A stretch of DNA of 30,326 nucleotides from an uncultured virus (IMG/VR IMGVR_UViG_3300034018_000714) (lineage: Duplodnaviria; Heunggongvirae; Uroviricota; Caudoviricetes), in IMG/VR virus record IMGVR_UViG_3300034018_000714; one strand, given 5' to 3'. The notes below the pieces were generated by a model. The model saw only the letters and a list, made by a program, of their open reading frames with translations, searched no databases and was not told the origin of the DNA. This document shows, piece after piece, positions 1-8,979 of this stretch. The position numbers and the translations under genes are program-made. The stretch's first letter is position 1. Every line of letters begins with the position of its first letter.

Positions 1-3
1 TCT

Positions 4-324
4 ATGGGTCAAGGTTTTGCAGAAGATGTTGGTTTCTCCACACCTTCAGAAGAAGTACAAGAAGCGGAGACATACGAGGTAATTTCTCGCTGGGCTTTAC
101 TTACTTCTATGGGGTTGCTTGAAGAAATAATTCAATGTTCTGATTGGTTCTGTGAACTAAAGGACATCCATGAATTGTCTGAAGAAACTAAAGATGAGTT
201 TCATAGAACACTTGTTTCACACGGCGTTGCTCTTGTGAATAAACTGTTGGACTCAGAAAAAGTTATTTTAATGCTGGAAGACACAGACCTACTTGATCTT
301 GAAGGAGATGATTACGATGACTGA
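4..324 (+). CDS. hypothetical acidic protein (may begin upstream of the window)
   Basis: ORF at window edge; stop overlaps start of next gene. Confidence 0.6.
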   Translation: MGQGFAEDVGFSTPSEEVQEAETYEVISRWALLTSMGLLEEIIQCSDWFCELKDIHELSEETKDEFHRTLVSHGVALVNKLLDSEKVILMLEDTDLLDLEGDDYDD

Positions 325-721
325 TTGGTGGTCAAAGAAACTTGCTGGAGAGAACCCAACTCCACAGCGTTCACTTACAACTCCCCCCACTTCTCCTCCT
401 TTGCGTATTCCTACATCTACTCCGATGCAGTCTCCACAACAGCAACAACAGAATGTTGTGCAACAAGGTGGTCGTCAAGAGTTACTTGACCCAAGCCGTG
501 GAGCCAATGAGCAGATTGATATGAGCACTGCAATTCGTATGTGGCAAGGTGGGGAAGCCACACGAAAAGAAGGTAACATGACCTGCCCAGATTGCGGAAG
601 CATTTATGTTTTCAGCAGAACGGGGCGTGGTCATAACACCATGATTAACGGTGCAAGCCCAGCACCACGCTGTTACGAGTGTGGTTGGAACGGCATGTAC
701 GATCAAGCACTACCGAGGTAA
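317..721 (+). CDS. zinc-ribbon protein with Pro/Gln-rich N-terminus
   Basis: ATG at 317 after GAAGGAG; CPDCG...CYECG Cys pairs; directly upstream of recA. Confidence 0.7.
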   Translation: MTDWWSKKLAGENPTPQRSLTTPPTSPPLRIPTSTPMQSPQQQQQNVVQQGGRQELLDPSRGANEQIDMSTAIRMWQGGEATRKEGNMTCPDCGSIYVFSRTGRGHNTMINGASPAPRCYECGWNGMYDQALPR

Positions 722-725
722 CAAA

Positions 726-1745
726 ATGTCAGAATACGAATCACTTCAATCCATCATCGCATCAGTTAAGAAGAAGTACGGTGATGGAAGTATCGTCCGA
801 GGTTCTGATGTTCGTGAGATGATCCCACGCATCACCACTGGTGTCTTGTCCTACGACTTAATGCTTGGCGGAGGTTGGCCTGTTAACCAGTGGAGTGAAA
901 TCATCGGTGAAGAGTCATCAGGTAAGACCGCTATGGCATTCAAGACCATTGCGGCTAACCAAGCACTTGACCCAGAGTTTTGCGCCATGTGGATTGCGGC
1001 TGAGGACTTTGTTCCTGAGTATGCAAAGGCAATTGGCGTAGACCTTGATCGCCTCTGGATTGTAGAGAACAACATCATGGAGCAGGTGTATGACCTTGCT
1101 ATCCGTGCGCTGGACAACCGTGCAGTTGACATGATTGTTATTGACTCTTTGCCTGCGCTTGTTCCAGACGCAGAAGCAGAGAAGATGATGGAAGAGTTCA
1201 CCGTTGGTCTTGGTGCTCGCCTTACTGGCAAATTCTTCCGCAAGTCTTCTAAGTCACAGAAGCGTTCATTGATTGAAGACGACCGTGGTTGCACTGGTCT
1301 CATTATTAACCAGTGGCGTGAGAAGATCGGCGTTATGTGGGGAGACAACCGCACCACACCAGGTGGTAAAGCAAAGAACTTTCACTACTTCTGTCGTGTT
1401 GAAGTCAAGCGTGATGAATGGCTCAAGGAGAAAGACGAAACCGTTGGTCAGTCAGTCAAGGGTCGTACCATCAAGAACAAGACACACCGCCCACAGCAGT
1501 CAGCCATTGTTGACTTCTACTTTGCAGATGCAACTAACTTTGAGTTTGGCGACTTTGATGTCATCAAGGACATGGTAAACATCGGCATTGCATCCAACAT
1601 CATTGAGCGTGCAGGTGCGTTCTACTCATACGGTGGAGAGCGTTGGCAGGGTAAGGACAAGGCACTTGCTGGTGTCCGTGAAGACCTTGACATGCAAGCA
1701 AGCCTTCGCAAGGATGTCTTTGAGAAGCACGGTATTGAACTGTGA
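726..1745 (+). CDS. recA: RecA-family recombinase
   Basis: Walker A GEESSGKT, Walker B MIVIDS, INQWREKIG..GDNRTTPGGKA, C-terminal AGAFYSY..ERWQGK; ATG 726 after GAGG. Confidence 0.95.
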   Translation: MSEYESLQSIIASVKKKYGDGSIVRGSDVREMIPRITTGVLSYDLMLGGGWPVNQWSEIIGEESSGKTAMAFKTIAANQALDPEFCAMWIAAEDFVPEYAKAIGVDLDRLWIVENNIMEQVYDLAIRALDNRAVDMIVIDSLPALVPDAEAEKMMEEFTVGLGARLTGKFFRKSSKSQKRSLIEDDRGCTGLIINQWREKIGVMWGDNRTTPGGKAKNFHYFCRVEVKRDEWLKEKDETVGQSVKGRTIKNKTHRPQQSAIVDFYFADATNFEFGDFDVIKDMVNIGIASNIIERAGAFYSYGGERWQGKDKALAGVREDLDMQASLRKDVFEKHGIEL

Positions 1746-2065
1746 ACCTTGAAGATAAGCGCCAGATCATGAAGACTTCTCGTAAGCAAGAGCAGAGAAC
1801 TGCTGACACTTACAAGGGAAGCCGTAATGCTGGCTCAGGCTCTTTCTGGTTGCGTAAGAACGATGTGCGTTCAGCAGAGTTTTTATTTGAAAACAAGTTC
1901 ACTACTAACAAGAAGTCCATCACCTTAAAAGAGGTTGACCTTCGTGAGTTGGTTGAACGAGCAATCGTAGAAGACAGGATGCCAGTGCTTCAGTTTGACC
2001 TTGCAGGTCGTAGGTATGTAGTTCTTGCTGAAGATGATTTTATTGAAATGACAGGTGCAGAATGA
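1742..2065 (+). CDS. PD-(D/E)XK nuclease, Holliday junction resolvase-like
   Basis: QE..A..Y.G.RNAGSGS...KNDV...FLFENK motif; GTGA overlap with recA. Confidence 0.7.
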   Translation: MNLEDKRQIMKTSRKQEQRTADTYKGSRNAGSGSFWLRKNDVRSAEFLFENKFTTNKKSITLKEVDLRELVERAIVEDRMPVLQFDLAGRRYVVLAEDDFIEMTGAE

Positions 2066-2997
2066 CACTCAAGACAGAAGACATGAAGAGGCTCTTAAAC
2101 AGCCCTCACAGGCTCTTAGCGCCCGTTGAACGACTTTTGTTGGAGCAGAATGTCAAGAACAACGAAGAGCGTGATTCACTGCATTTACATCCTTCTGAGA
2201 TTTGTAAAAAGGATTGGTGCCCACGGTCATCTTGGTACAAGATCACTGGATACCCAGGACCATCAGAGTCTTTTTCTTTACAGCGTTTAAACATTTTTGC
2301 TGAAGGTCACCTTATCCATGAGAAGTGGCAGAAGTGGTTAAAGCAGGCTGGTGTTCTACTAGAGGCAGAGGTACCCATCAAGGATGTAGAGCACCACATC
2401 ATCGGTCATGCCGATGGCATCATTAGTGATAAACACGGTAAGGCTGTTCTAGAGATTAAGAGTCTCGGTGTCGGCACTGTGCGTATGGAAGACTACGCAT
2501 TGTTTGCACCCTACGCTCGTGGAGATATAAACATTGATGCTCTTTGGGCAAGTATTAAAAAACCTTTCCCATCACATGTTCGTCAAACACAGTTGTACAT
2601 GCATTGTCTTGGTATTCATGAGGCATTAATTCTTTACGAATGGAAAGCAAACCAAGATGTCAAGGAGTTTACAATTCATTATCAGCCTGATATTGTTGAC
2701 TCCATCCTAGCCTCATGCCATACCGTGGTTCGTGCGTTAGAAGATAATGAACCACCAGTACGACCATCATGGTTAGATCAAACCCATCGGGTATGCAAGA
2801 GTTGCCCATACAAAAAGCAGTGTTATAACAATGAGGACAGTAGTGACAACAGACAAAGTACGGACAGTAATCAGGGCAGGGGATGGGGACCTTCTCCCAA
2901 ATCCTCTGAGCACATTTCTTCGGAAGTTTCCGCTCCCCGATCGCCCGAACGACACGATTCCGACTCTTCCAGAGAACCTAGACGAATTAACCGATAG
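2062..2997 (+). CDS. Cas4-like (PD-(D/E)XK) exonuclease with probable Fe-S cluster
   Basis: HPSEI..DWCPR, EGHLIHE, GHADG..VLEIKS, QTQLYM, C-terminal CKSCPYKKQC. Confidence 0.85.
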   Translation: MTLKTEDMKRLLNSPHRLLAPVERLLLEQNVKNNEERDSLHLHPSEICKKDWCPRSSWYKITGYPGPSESFSLQRLNIFAEGHLIHEKWQKWLKQAGVLLEAEVPIKDVEHHIIGHADGIISDKHGKAVLEIKSLGVGTVRMEDYALFAPYARGDINIDALWASIKKPFPSHVRQTQLYMHCLGIHEALILYEWKANQDVKEFTIHYQPDIVDSILASCHTVVRALEDNEPPVRPSWLDQTHRVCKSCPYKKQCYNNEDSSDNRQSTDSNQGRGWGPSPKSSEHISSEVSAPRSPERHDSDSSREPRRINR

Positions 2998-3364
2998 CAA
3001 CCTCATGAACTTGTACACCGAGTTCATGGCGTGGGTGTCTTACACCAAATCAGAGTTAGTCCAGACAGAGATTGAAGAAGACCGAAAGGCTCACATCCTT
3101 AAAGTTACTGAGGCACGAGCAATCATTGACCAAACGGTTGAGAAGATGAAGGGTGACACTGTTACTCTTGCTAAGGCTCGCCGTGACATTGATGAGTTTG
3201 TTTTGGAAGCACAGGACGCTTACCTGGGTGCACGGGCACTTCGTAAGTTGACAGAGGCTGTGTTTGATCGCTGTGAGCGTGGGGCACAAGTACTTAGCCG
3301 TGAGTTAAGTCGCCGTATTGGTTTAGCCCCTAAAGAATACAAACAAGCAAGGTACTCAGCATGA
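2831..3364 (+). CDS. hypothetical helical protein
   Basis: Long ORF, stop coupled (ATGA) to next gene; 5' part overlaps the exonuclease tail. Confidence 0.7.
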   Translation: MRTVVTTDKVRTVIRAGDGDLLPNPLSTFLRKFPLPDRPNDTIPTLPENLDELTDSNLMNLYTEFMAWVSYTKSELVQTEIEEDRKAHILKVTEARAIIDQTVEKMKGDTVTLAKARRDIDEFVLEAQDAYLGARALRKLTEAVFDRCERGAQVLSRELSRRIGLAPKEYKQARYSA

Positions 3365-3621
3365 GCAATCCAAGAATTAAATACGCAGGTGGCACACATG
3401 TTGCTCTTCGGTATATCCAAATGAAGAGAGGAACGGTTGCTACCGTCTCTGATGTTCTAAAGATGTTCCCAAATAAGTTTGATAAACCATCTCGTGCTAA
3501 AGAAGCATTAGAGATCTTGGCTAAGAACCGTTTGATATCTCCTAAGGATAGTGGTTGGGTCATCAATGACCGTGGTTCCGATTACCTGCGAGTCACAGCA
3601 TCTGCCTACAAGGGTGGATGA
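3361..3621 (+). CDS. small basic protein, possible winged helix
   Basis: LEILAKNRLI....GWVINDRG pattern resembles wHTH wing; coupled start. Confidence 0.55.
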   Translation: MSNPRIKYAGGTHVALRYIQMKRGTVATVSDVLKMFPNKFDKPSRAKEALEILAKNRLISPKDSGWVINDRGSDYLRVTASAYKGG

Positions 3622-3746
3622 TGTCTGAAGAAAAGAATCTAGAGACGGCACAAGAAGTAATTAAGCAACTTCATGAGATCTGTCAGAAGTTACATGAAGA
3701 GAATGAACGGTTAAAAGAAAAGATTCGTACTTTTTACGGGCAATAG
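3621..3746 (+). CDS. small coiled-coil hypothetical protein (41 aa)
   Basis: TGATG coupling; MSEEKNLETAQEVIKQLHEICQKLHEENERLKEK; below ORF-track cut-off. Confidence 0.55.
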   Translation: MSEEKNLETAQEVIKQLHEICQKLHEENERLKEKIRTFYGQ

Positions 3747-3749
3747 TAG

Positions 3750-3778
3750 TTGCCAAAGACAGATGTTGGGGATAAGTT
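3750..3778 (+). promoter_or_regulatory. sigma70/SigA-type promoter
   Basis: TTGCCA-17 nt-TAAGTT in intergenic gap upstream of AAGGAG-ATG 3802. Confidence 0.5.
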
Positions 3779-3801
3779 ATCCCTCCCGACAAAGGAGCAG
3801 T

Positions 3802-4002
3802 ATGTCAACCTTATTTTTATTAATCGCCATCGGATGTAGTTACTACATGGGGTACCTCAAGAACCGTGGTGAATATAAAGAACTTCGTAATAATCTCCAT
3901 GTTTTAGTGTACGAAGATGCACGAGTCATTGCTGATTTTCGTTCCCAAATCAAACATCTTGAAGCAGAAGTAGCACGACTGGAGCGTTTAAGCAATGGGT
4001 GA
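3802..4002 (+). CDS. small membrane-anchored hypothetical protein
   Basis: AAGGAG RBS; hydrophobic N-terminus followed by coiled coil. Confidence 0.65.
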   Translation: MSTLFLLIAIGCSYYMGYLKNRGEYKELRNNLHVLVYEDARVIADFRSQIKHLEAEVARLERLSNG

Positions 4003-4075
4003 TTTCCTTATTCAAATCATAATGTTAAGTGCCGTATTTTCATGCGGACTTTTACTAGGACAGAAAGTTAAATAA
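3995..4075 (+). CDS. 26-aa hydrophobic peptide
   Basis: MGDFLIQIIMLSAVFSCGLLLGQKVK fills gap between flanking genes exactly. Confidence 0.4.
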   Translation: MGDFLIQIIMLSAVFSCGLLLGQKVK

Positions 4076-4225
4076 ATGAGCAACGAACCAGAAAACACAG
4101 AAGAACCAGAAACTACTTTTGCAGAACGGGTAAGAGAGTCCGTAGATTTCATCGTTGATATGATGAACTCAGGTAAACCAAATCCTAAAGATGTTTATCC
4201 TCCAGGTAGATACCAAGGGGATTAA
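4076..4225 (+). CDS. hypothetical protein (49 aa)
   Basis: Abuts previous stop; TAATG coupling to next gene. Confidence 0.5.
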   Translation: MSNEPENTEEPETTFAERVRESVDFIVDMMNSGKPNPKDVYPPGRYQGD

Positions 4226-4413
4226 TGGCAATCGGAAGTGAAGCCGAGATTGGCGCAGTCTTTGCCGTTTGGAAAGATATGTCAGACAGTGACCGACAAG
4301 CCTGGTGGCAGTACATGCGTGACAACTGGAACCCACTTATGAAGGGGTACGCCACGCTGGTGCATCATAAAGATAACAAGTTTTACAAGGGAGAAAGAGC
4401 GACCAATGTTTAA
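4225..4413 (+). CDS. hypothetical protein
   Basis: Coupled start, tight packing. Confidence 0.6.
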   Translation: MAIGSEAEIGAVFAVWKDMSDSDRQAWWQYMRDNWNPLMKGYATLVHHKDNKFYKGERATNV

Positions 4414-4621
4414 GGCAAAGAAATACTGGAAGAAAAAATACGAACAAACTGCTGACAAAGAGTTTGAGGCATTGCTTGAACGAGAGTTATCACTAACTCT
4501 CCTTCGCAGGATGGTTCAGGCTCTAGAGGTTGATGGCTTTGGTCATGTAAAAGGTATTGACGCAAAAGAAGCCACCGCCGTGTACCATGAGTACCTTGAT
4601 GAGTTCATCACAAAAAATTAA
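4406..4621 (+). CDS. hypothetical protein
   Basis: Tight packing. Confidence 0.55.
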   Translation: MFKAKKYWKKKYEQTADKEFEALLERELSLTLLRRMVQALEVDGFGHVKGIDAKEATAVYHEYLDEFITKN

Positions 4622-4623
4622 TC

Positions 4624-5028
4624 ATGGTTGATATTGTTGAACGATTACGAGGCAAGTTTCTTACTAAAAAAGAAGACTGTATAGAAGCCGCTGATGAGAT
4701 TGAGCGCCTTCGTAACCTTTGTGCAGAGATGGGTATCTCCAGTAAGAAGCCTATGCGTAAAGATATCAATATGTCTTTTAACGATAAATATTATGAATTT
4801 CTGTCTGTATACGAACACCACAAAGATCTAATAGGTGATGAAGCGGCTAGTCATCTAGGTATTCCTGAAGGGGAATACGGTTGGTGGAGTACCGTTTCTC
4901 AACTTAAATTAAACGGTTACATTGAGTGGACTGGCGACAAAAGAAAAAGCCGCCGAAATGGTTCGTGCGAAGTTTATAAAATCACGGATAAAGGATTAGT
5001 TACATTAAAAGGAGTTCGTGGTGAGTAA
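4624..5028 (+). CDS. hypothetical protein with probable C-terminal winged helix
   Basis: DIVERLR..EAADEIERLR N-terminus common in phage ORFs; VSQLKLNGYIE...YKITDKG wHTH-like. Confidence 0.6.
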   Translation: MVDIVERLRGKFLTKKEDCIEAADEIERLRNLCAEMGISSKKPMRKDINMSFNDKYYEFLSVYEHHKDLIGDEAASHLGIPEGEYGWWSTVSQLKLNGYIEWTGDKRKSRRNGSCEVYKITDKGLVTLKGVRGE

Positions 5029-5386
5029 TAAAGCCAAAGCCAAAGGAACCTCATACGAAACACTTATTAAAAACTATTTAATAAGTAAGGGATTTCCAAG
5101 AGCACGCCGATCCGCCTTAGAGGGTGGTCAGGACAAGGGTGACATCCACGGGATTGAGCACCAGTCCACAGGTCGTCAAGTAGCGATCCAGTGTAAGAAT
5201 CAGAAAGCCTTCCAACTCAGCCAGTGGTTGAACGACACAGTGGAGCAAGCAGAGCGTCTAGATAATGCAGTCCCTGCTTTAGTAGTCAAGCGCCCAGGAA
5301 AAGGCGAGAAGGCTGTTGGAGAGTCATATGTGGTGATGAGGTTAGATGACTTCGTTGACCTACTAGGTACCGCTAACTTCCAGTAA
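5021..5386 (+). CDS. Holliday junction resolvase (PD-(D/E)XK, actinophage type)
   Basis: KAKGTSYE...DKGDI...IQCKNQK...LVVKRPG; AAGGAG before GTG (5018 or 5021). Confidence 0.8.
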   Translation: MSNKAKAKGTSYETLIKNYLISKGFPRARRSALEGGQDKGDIHGIEHQSTGRQVAIQCKNQKAFQLSQWLNDTVEQAERLDNAVPALVVKRPGKGEKAVGESYVVMRLDDFVDLLGTANFQ

Positions 5387-5421
5387 AATAAGGGAACAAA
5401 CTTTACACTAGGAGTTCCCAT

Positions 5422-5712
5422 ATGTCACAAGAATTGACTACCTCTATTGATGATGTCCTTAAGGTCTCAGGTTCAAGCAACCCGCAGTCCGTAGGATCAA
5501 TTATGGCTCGTGCCATTAACGCAGGGCAACTGCCCAAAATGCGTGCCATTGGCGCATCCGCCGTTAATCAGGCTGTAAAAGCCGCCGCTATTGCCCGTGG
5601 GTTTGTCGCACCCCGTGGTATTGACCTTTCTTTTGTTATCGGGTTTGATGACATTGTGGGTGAAAACGGCGAAACCATTTCTGCGATATCATTAAAACCA
5701 CAGATTAAGTAA
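5422..5712 (+). CDS. spoVS: SpoVS-family (Alba-like) nucleic-acid-binding protein
   Basis: VLKVS..SNP.SV..IA...RAIGASAVNQAVKA.AIARGFVAP.GIDL signature; AGGAG RBS. Confidence 0.9.
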   Translation: MSQELTTSIDDVLKVSGSSNPQSVGSIMARAINAGQLPKMRAIGASAVNQAVKAAAIARGFVAPRGIDLSFVIGFDDIVGENGETISAISLKPQIK

Positions 5713-5721
5713 AGGATCGTT

Positions 5722-6042
5722 ATGCCTGCATTTTTAGCCGCATTAGGAGGAAGTGCCGCTGCTGGCGGAGGAGCCGCCGCCGCAGGCGGTGCTACAGCCG
5801 CAGGTGGAGCCGCTGCTGCTGGAGGAAGTGCCGCTGCTGGCGGAGCCGCCGCTACTGGTGGTAGAGCAGCCCTTGGCAATTCACTTAAATCTGCTGGAAA
5901 ACAGTACGCACAAGATTACGCTATAAAGAAAATTACAACACGCTCTGCCGATAGTAATGGTCACAGCCTTAGTAGTGGTCAATTTCCTCCTCCTGCCCCA
6001 GATCCAATTTCTGGCATCAATACTGAAGGGTCACGCTGGTAA
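5722..6042 (+). CDS. Ala/Gly low-complexity protein
   Basis: AAGGA RBS; about six GG(S/A/G)xAA repeats. Confidence 0.55.
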   Translation: MPAFLAALGGSAAAGGGAAAAGGATAAGGAAAAGGSAAAGGAAATGGRAALGNSLKSAGKQYAQDYAIKKITTRSADSNGHSLSSGQFPPPAPDPISGINTEGSRW

Positions 6043-6044
6043 CG

Positions 6045-6407
6045 ATGTCTACTGATCCATACGAAGAGCGTGATGGACGCCGAGTAATTAATATTTCTAG
6101 TTCTGCTCCTGCATCCCCAGAATTAACCAAGCGCCAAGCCAAGCGCCAAGAGCGTGCATGGGGAAACCTTCGTAGCCCAGGTACAGCCATCCGTGGTCGT
6201 ATGGCAGGCGCTGACTACTCCACCGCCAAGCATGCTGAACAGATCATGTCAGGTGCCTTTGGGAAGCGTGGTAGGAAGTTTGAAACCGCAATGGGTGGTT
6301 TCATCCAACAACACGGTATGCACCCCTCTACGGCTGTCTCACGCTTTATGCAATACGGTCATCTGGGGACACAGTCAGACCTTGAACTCCGAGGAGGAGA
6401 AGAATAA
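6045..6407 (+). CDS. hypothetical protein
   Basis: Tight packing, TAATG coupling to next gene. Confidence 0.6.
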   Translation: MSTDPYEERDGRRVINISSSAPASPELTKRQAKRQERAWGNLRSPGTAIRGRMAGADYSTAKHAEQIMSGAFGKRGRKFETAMGGFIQQHGMHPSTAVSRFMQYGHLGTQSDLELRGGEE

Positions 6408-6778
6408 TGCCAATTTTTAGAGGAATGCGCCAAAACCGCAGTAACACTTCAAGTAATACTCCCAGAGCACCTCACCCATTTGATGCCTACGCATCTAAGG
6501 GTACTCTTCAGCCACCACGACCAAACCCAGCCGCTAAGTTTGCTCCAAAGCCAAACAACCCACAAACAGTGAAGCGTGGTAATGAATTGGGTCAGGGTTA
6601 CGAATCGGCTAAAGCAACACATGACACTTACATGGAGCGTGCAAACAATGCTCAAAACCCACAGGACCGTGCCCGTCATCTAAAGCAAGCAGATGAAATG
6701 AAGCGTGTCATGGGTGGTATTGACTCAGACATCAAAGCAAATGCTCCAAAGGGCGATATCTGGAGACAGCAGTACTAA
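6407..6778 (+). CDS. hypothetical Pro/Asn-rich protein
   Basis: GGAGGAG RBS, coupled start. Confidence 0.65.
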   Translation: MPIFRGMRQNRSNTSSNTPRAPHPFDAYASKGTLQPPRPNPAAKFAPKPNNPQTVKRGNELGQGYESAKATHDTYMERANNAQNPQDRARHLKQADEMKRVMGGIDSDIKANAPKGDIWRQQY

Positions 6779-6780
6779 CC

Positions 6781-7059
6781 ATGCCAAGGTTTCAAGGTCA
6801 GCCTGTATTCCGTAACCAAGGATCACCTAAAAATGCTCCTTTGTCAGAGTGGGAAAAAACTGCACAGCGTGGTATTTCCCAGGGTGGTCGCCTTTATAAA
6901 AACAAATCTACTGGTGACATGCACCTTGTAAGCCCATCAGGTTCACACTGGGGATCTTTTACAGCCAACCCAGAGTCGTACAAAGGCGGAAACCTCAGTA
7001 AGTATGAGCCTGAGGAAAATACAGAAGATATCACAGGCAATTATAAGAATGGCTACTAA
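6781..7059 (+). CDS. hypothetical protein
   Basis: Tight packing. Confidence 0.6.
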   Translation: MPRFQGQPVFRNQGSPKNAPLSEWEKTAQRGISQGGRLYKNKSTGDMHLVSPSGSHWGSFTANPESYKGGNLSKYEPEENTEDITGNYKNGY

Positions 7060-7198
7060 GAACCCTCGGTCTCGGTCTCGTACACAGCAACGCTATGCAC
7101 GAAAGAAAGCCGTTGCTCAAGCCGCTCGCCCTGTCCAGCCAACAGGTAATGGTCAGGGTGGATTCTTAGGTGGTTTTGGCGCTGGAGGTATGATGTGA
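7049..7198 (+). CDS. small basic Arg/Gly-rich protein
   Basis: MATKNPRSRSRTQQRYARKK; GTGA coupling to next gene. Confidence 0.5.
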   Translation: MATKNPRSRSRTQQRYARKKAVAQAARPVQPTGNGQGGFLGGFGAGGMM

Positions 7199-7692
7199 GC
7201 CAGCAAACACCTTCATTTAATAACTGGGGTAACGCAGACGCCACATACGGCAACGCATCACAGCCCACAGTCGGTCCAGCACCTATCTTTCGTTCTGCTA
7301 AAGATGCACTGTTGTCGGGATACCGAACAGCAGTAGATACCCAGTACCCAGATGGCTATTTGGGAACCATGGACGCCAACAGGCGTCAAGATAAGGTTCT
7401 CGGCACTCTGAGCCGTATGAACGCACGCCAGTACAGTCGTGGCGTTCACAAGGGTGAGAGAATCAATACAGGTGATTACTTTTGGCCTGAAGAGTTTGGT
7501 AAGTACACCGCCATTGAAATGCAGGCAAAAGGATTAAAGTTTGCGCCAGTAGGTGCAGAGCCTGTGCGCCTCACCAATGATGGCAAGGTTGGTCCTCGTG
7601 GCATCCCAAGCATGCAGGGTAAAGACCAGCCAGCGCAAATGAGCCCACAACAACTAAGTCGCTTAAGGGAACTGGCTCCACGCTGGCGCTAA
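7195..7692 (+). CDS. hypothetical phage protein
   Basis: GGAGG RBS; YPDGYLGT..RRQDK..YSRGVHKGERI..DYFWP segment looks like a conserved core. Confidence 0.7.
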   Translation: MSQQTPSFNNWGNADATYGNASQPTVGPAPIFRSAKDALLSGYRTAVDTQYPDGYLGTMDANRRQDKVLGTLSRMNARQYSRGVHKGERINTGDYFWPEEFGKYTAIEMQAKGLKFAPVGAEPVRLTNDGKVGPRGIPSMQGKDQPAQMSPQQLSRLRELAPRWR

Positions 7693-7710
7693 ATAAAGTA
7701 AAATATTTGT

Positions 7711-8139
7711 ATGGCAAACCGTTTTAACGATCAATACAGACCACCACATAGCGGTGATTCTGTGTTTCCCCAGAAAATCACCAAAACCCCTTCTCAATAT
7801 CAAGAGGATGCTTGGACTCAGCCCCGTATTTCAAAGGGTACTGATTATGGTCCTCGTAAAGATAATGACGAGAATCCACATTCGGCTCCAAAAAAAACAC
7901 CCCGTGACCAGTTTGAACCTGGTCCACACGAATACAAACAGCGCAAGACACCACCCAACTACAACGAACGCCCTAAGAAGGGTGACAGTGACGGTCCTAA
8001 GAAGGGTGATCCATACAAGGATCATTATGACCCTTACCATAACCCAGATGGCGGTTCATCTGTATCTCGTAAGCCAAAAACACCTTCCAAGTCACCTTCT
8101 GGTGGCGTAGCACTCCCAATCCCTCAGAAAGTAAAGTGA
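7711..8139 (+). CDS. hypothetical disordered Pro/Lys/Asp-rich protein
   Basis: ATG 6 nt after TAAAAT (possible leaderless start); internal PKKGD repeat x2. Confidence 0.6.
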   Translation: MANRFNDQYRPPHSGDSVFPQKITKTPSQYQEDAWTQPRISKGTDYGPRKDNDENPHSAPKKTPRDQFEPGPHEYKQRKTPPNYNERPKKGDSDGPKKGDPYKDHYDPYHNPDGGSSVSRKPKTPSKSPSGGVALPIPQKVK

Positions 8140-8146
8140 GTTTCTA

Positions 8147-8449
8147 ATGGCACATAATCACCGCATGCAGGGGATCGCAGATCCTTACATCAACCAGCGC
8201 AATGAGATGCTTGCTCGTGAGCAGGAAACACGCTCCCGTATGCAGATGCCTCATGCAAGCGAGGGATACGCAAGTCTTGAAGGTCGCAGTCAAATGCAAG
8301 ACCCTTATGATGACGAGAACGAAGGCTACAACACAACTGACGAAGACCTCATGCCAGGTTCTGGTGCACCCATTAACCCAGCAGTCCGTGCTTACCAAGA
8401 ATCAGGTCATGGCGTCCAAGTGATCAACCCAATGGATGATAAGTACTAA
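8147..8449 (+). CDS. hypothetical protein, MAHNHRMQ paralog 1
   Basis: N-terminal 23 aa similar to next gene. Confidence 0.7.
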   Translation: MAHNHRMQGIADPYINQRNEMLAREQETRSRMQMPHASEGYASLEGRSQMQDPYDDENEGYNTTDEDLMPGSGAPINPAVRAYQESGHGVQVINPMDDKY

Positions 8450-8712
8450 TGGCACACAATCACCGTATGCAAGAAATTGCAGAACCTTGGATTAATCGCC
8501 GTAACGAGTACATCGCACAGCAAGAAATGCTTGCACAGCGCAGTGCTGGTCTTATGGGCGTTAACTATGACCCAGAAGAAGCAGGGTATGACGAGGCATA
8601 CGGTCCACAGGATCGTACCCGCAAGGCTCTTGACACACGCTTGGACAAGCCGTCAGAATATGGTATCGCAGAAGAGCGCATGCAAGACCGCAAAGGTCAA
8701 GGAGAAAACTAA
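8449..8712 (+). CDS. hypothetical protein, MAHNHRMQ paralog 2
   Basis: TAATG coupling; shared N-terminus with synonymous codon differences. Confidence 0.7.
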   Translation: MAHNHRMQEIAEPWINRRNEYIAQQEMLAQRSAGLMGVNYDPEEAGYDEAYGPQDRTRKALDTRLDKPSEYGIAEERMQDRKGQGEN

Positions 8713-8740
8713 GATGGCTCGTGGAGAAAATACCGCAAAT
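8692..8740 (+). repeat. 49-bp exact direct repeat, copy 1
   Basis: AAAGGTCAAGGAGAAAACTAAGATGGCTCGTGGAGAAAATACCGCAAAT. Confidence 0.95.
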
Positions 8741-8932
8741 CACCCCAACCGTATGGTTAGTCTAGAAAACTTTGCACAAGTTGCACGCCTTGGTCGTGAA
8801 TTGTCCAAAGGGTTTCCACAAATGAGTGATGATGCCCCTGCTGGTGGTATCCCTCGTCCCAAAATGCATTCATGTGGGGGCTGTGGAGAAATGACCTCCA
8901 CAGAACACGGTGTCTGCGCCGATTGTAAGTAA
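8714..8932 (+). CDS. hypothetical protein, MARGENTAN paralog 1, C-terminal Zn finger
   Basis: AAGGAG RBS; CGGC...CADC. Confidence 0.7.
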   Translation: MARGENTANHPNRMVSLENFAQVARLGRELSKGFPQMSDDAPAGGIPRPKMHSCGGCGEMTSTEHGVCADCK

Positions 8933-8979
8933 AGGTCAAGGAGAAAACTAAGATGGCTCGTGGAGAAAATACCGCAAAT
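8931..8979 (+). repeat. 49-bp exact direct repeat, copy 2
   Basis: Identical to 8692-8740. Confidence 0.95.

Noticed and set aside
651..725. Upstream extensions of ORF-track starts (recA 651, 8477, 10699, 10976, 12986, 15337, 26986 etc.)
   Set aside because: They overlap neighbouring genes or RNA elements; downstream starts with RBS or stop-start coupling fit better.
2062..2997. CRISPR-Cas system suggested by Cas4-like gene
   Set aside because: No repeat-spacer array or other cas genes seen; stand-alone Cas4-like nucleases next to recA are common in phages.
5568..5879. Pro/Ala-rich - strand ORF
   Set aside because: Mirror of the Gly/Ala repeat gene; overlaps spoVS antisense.
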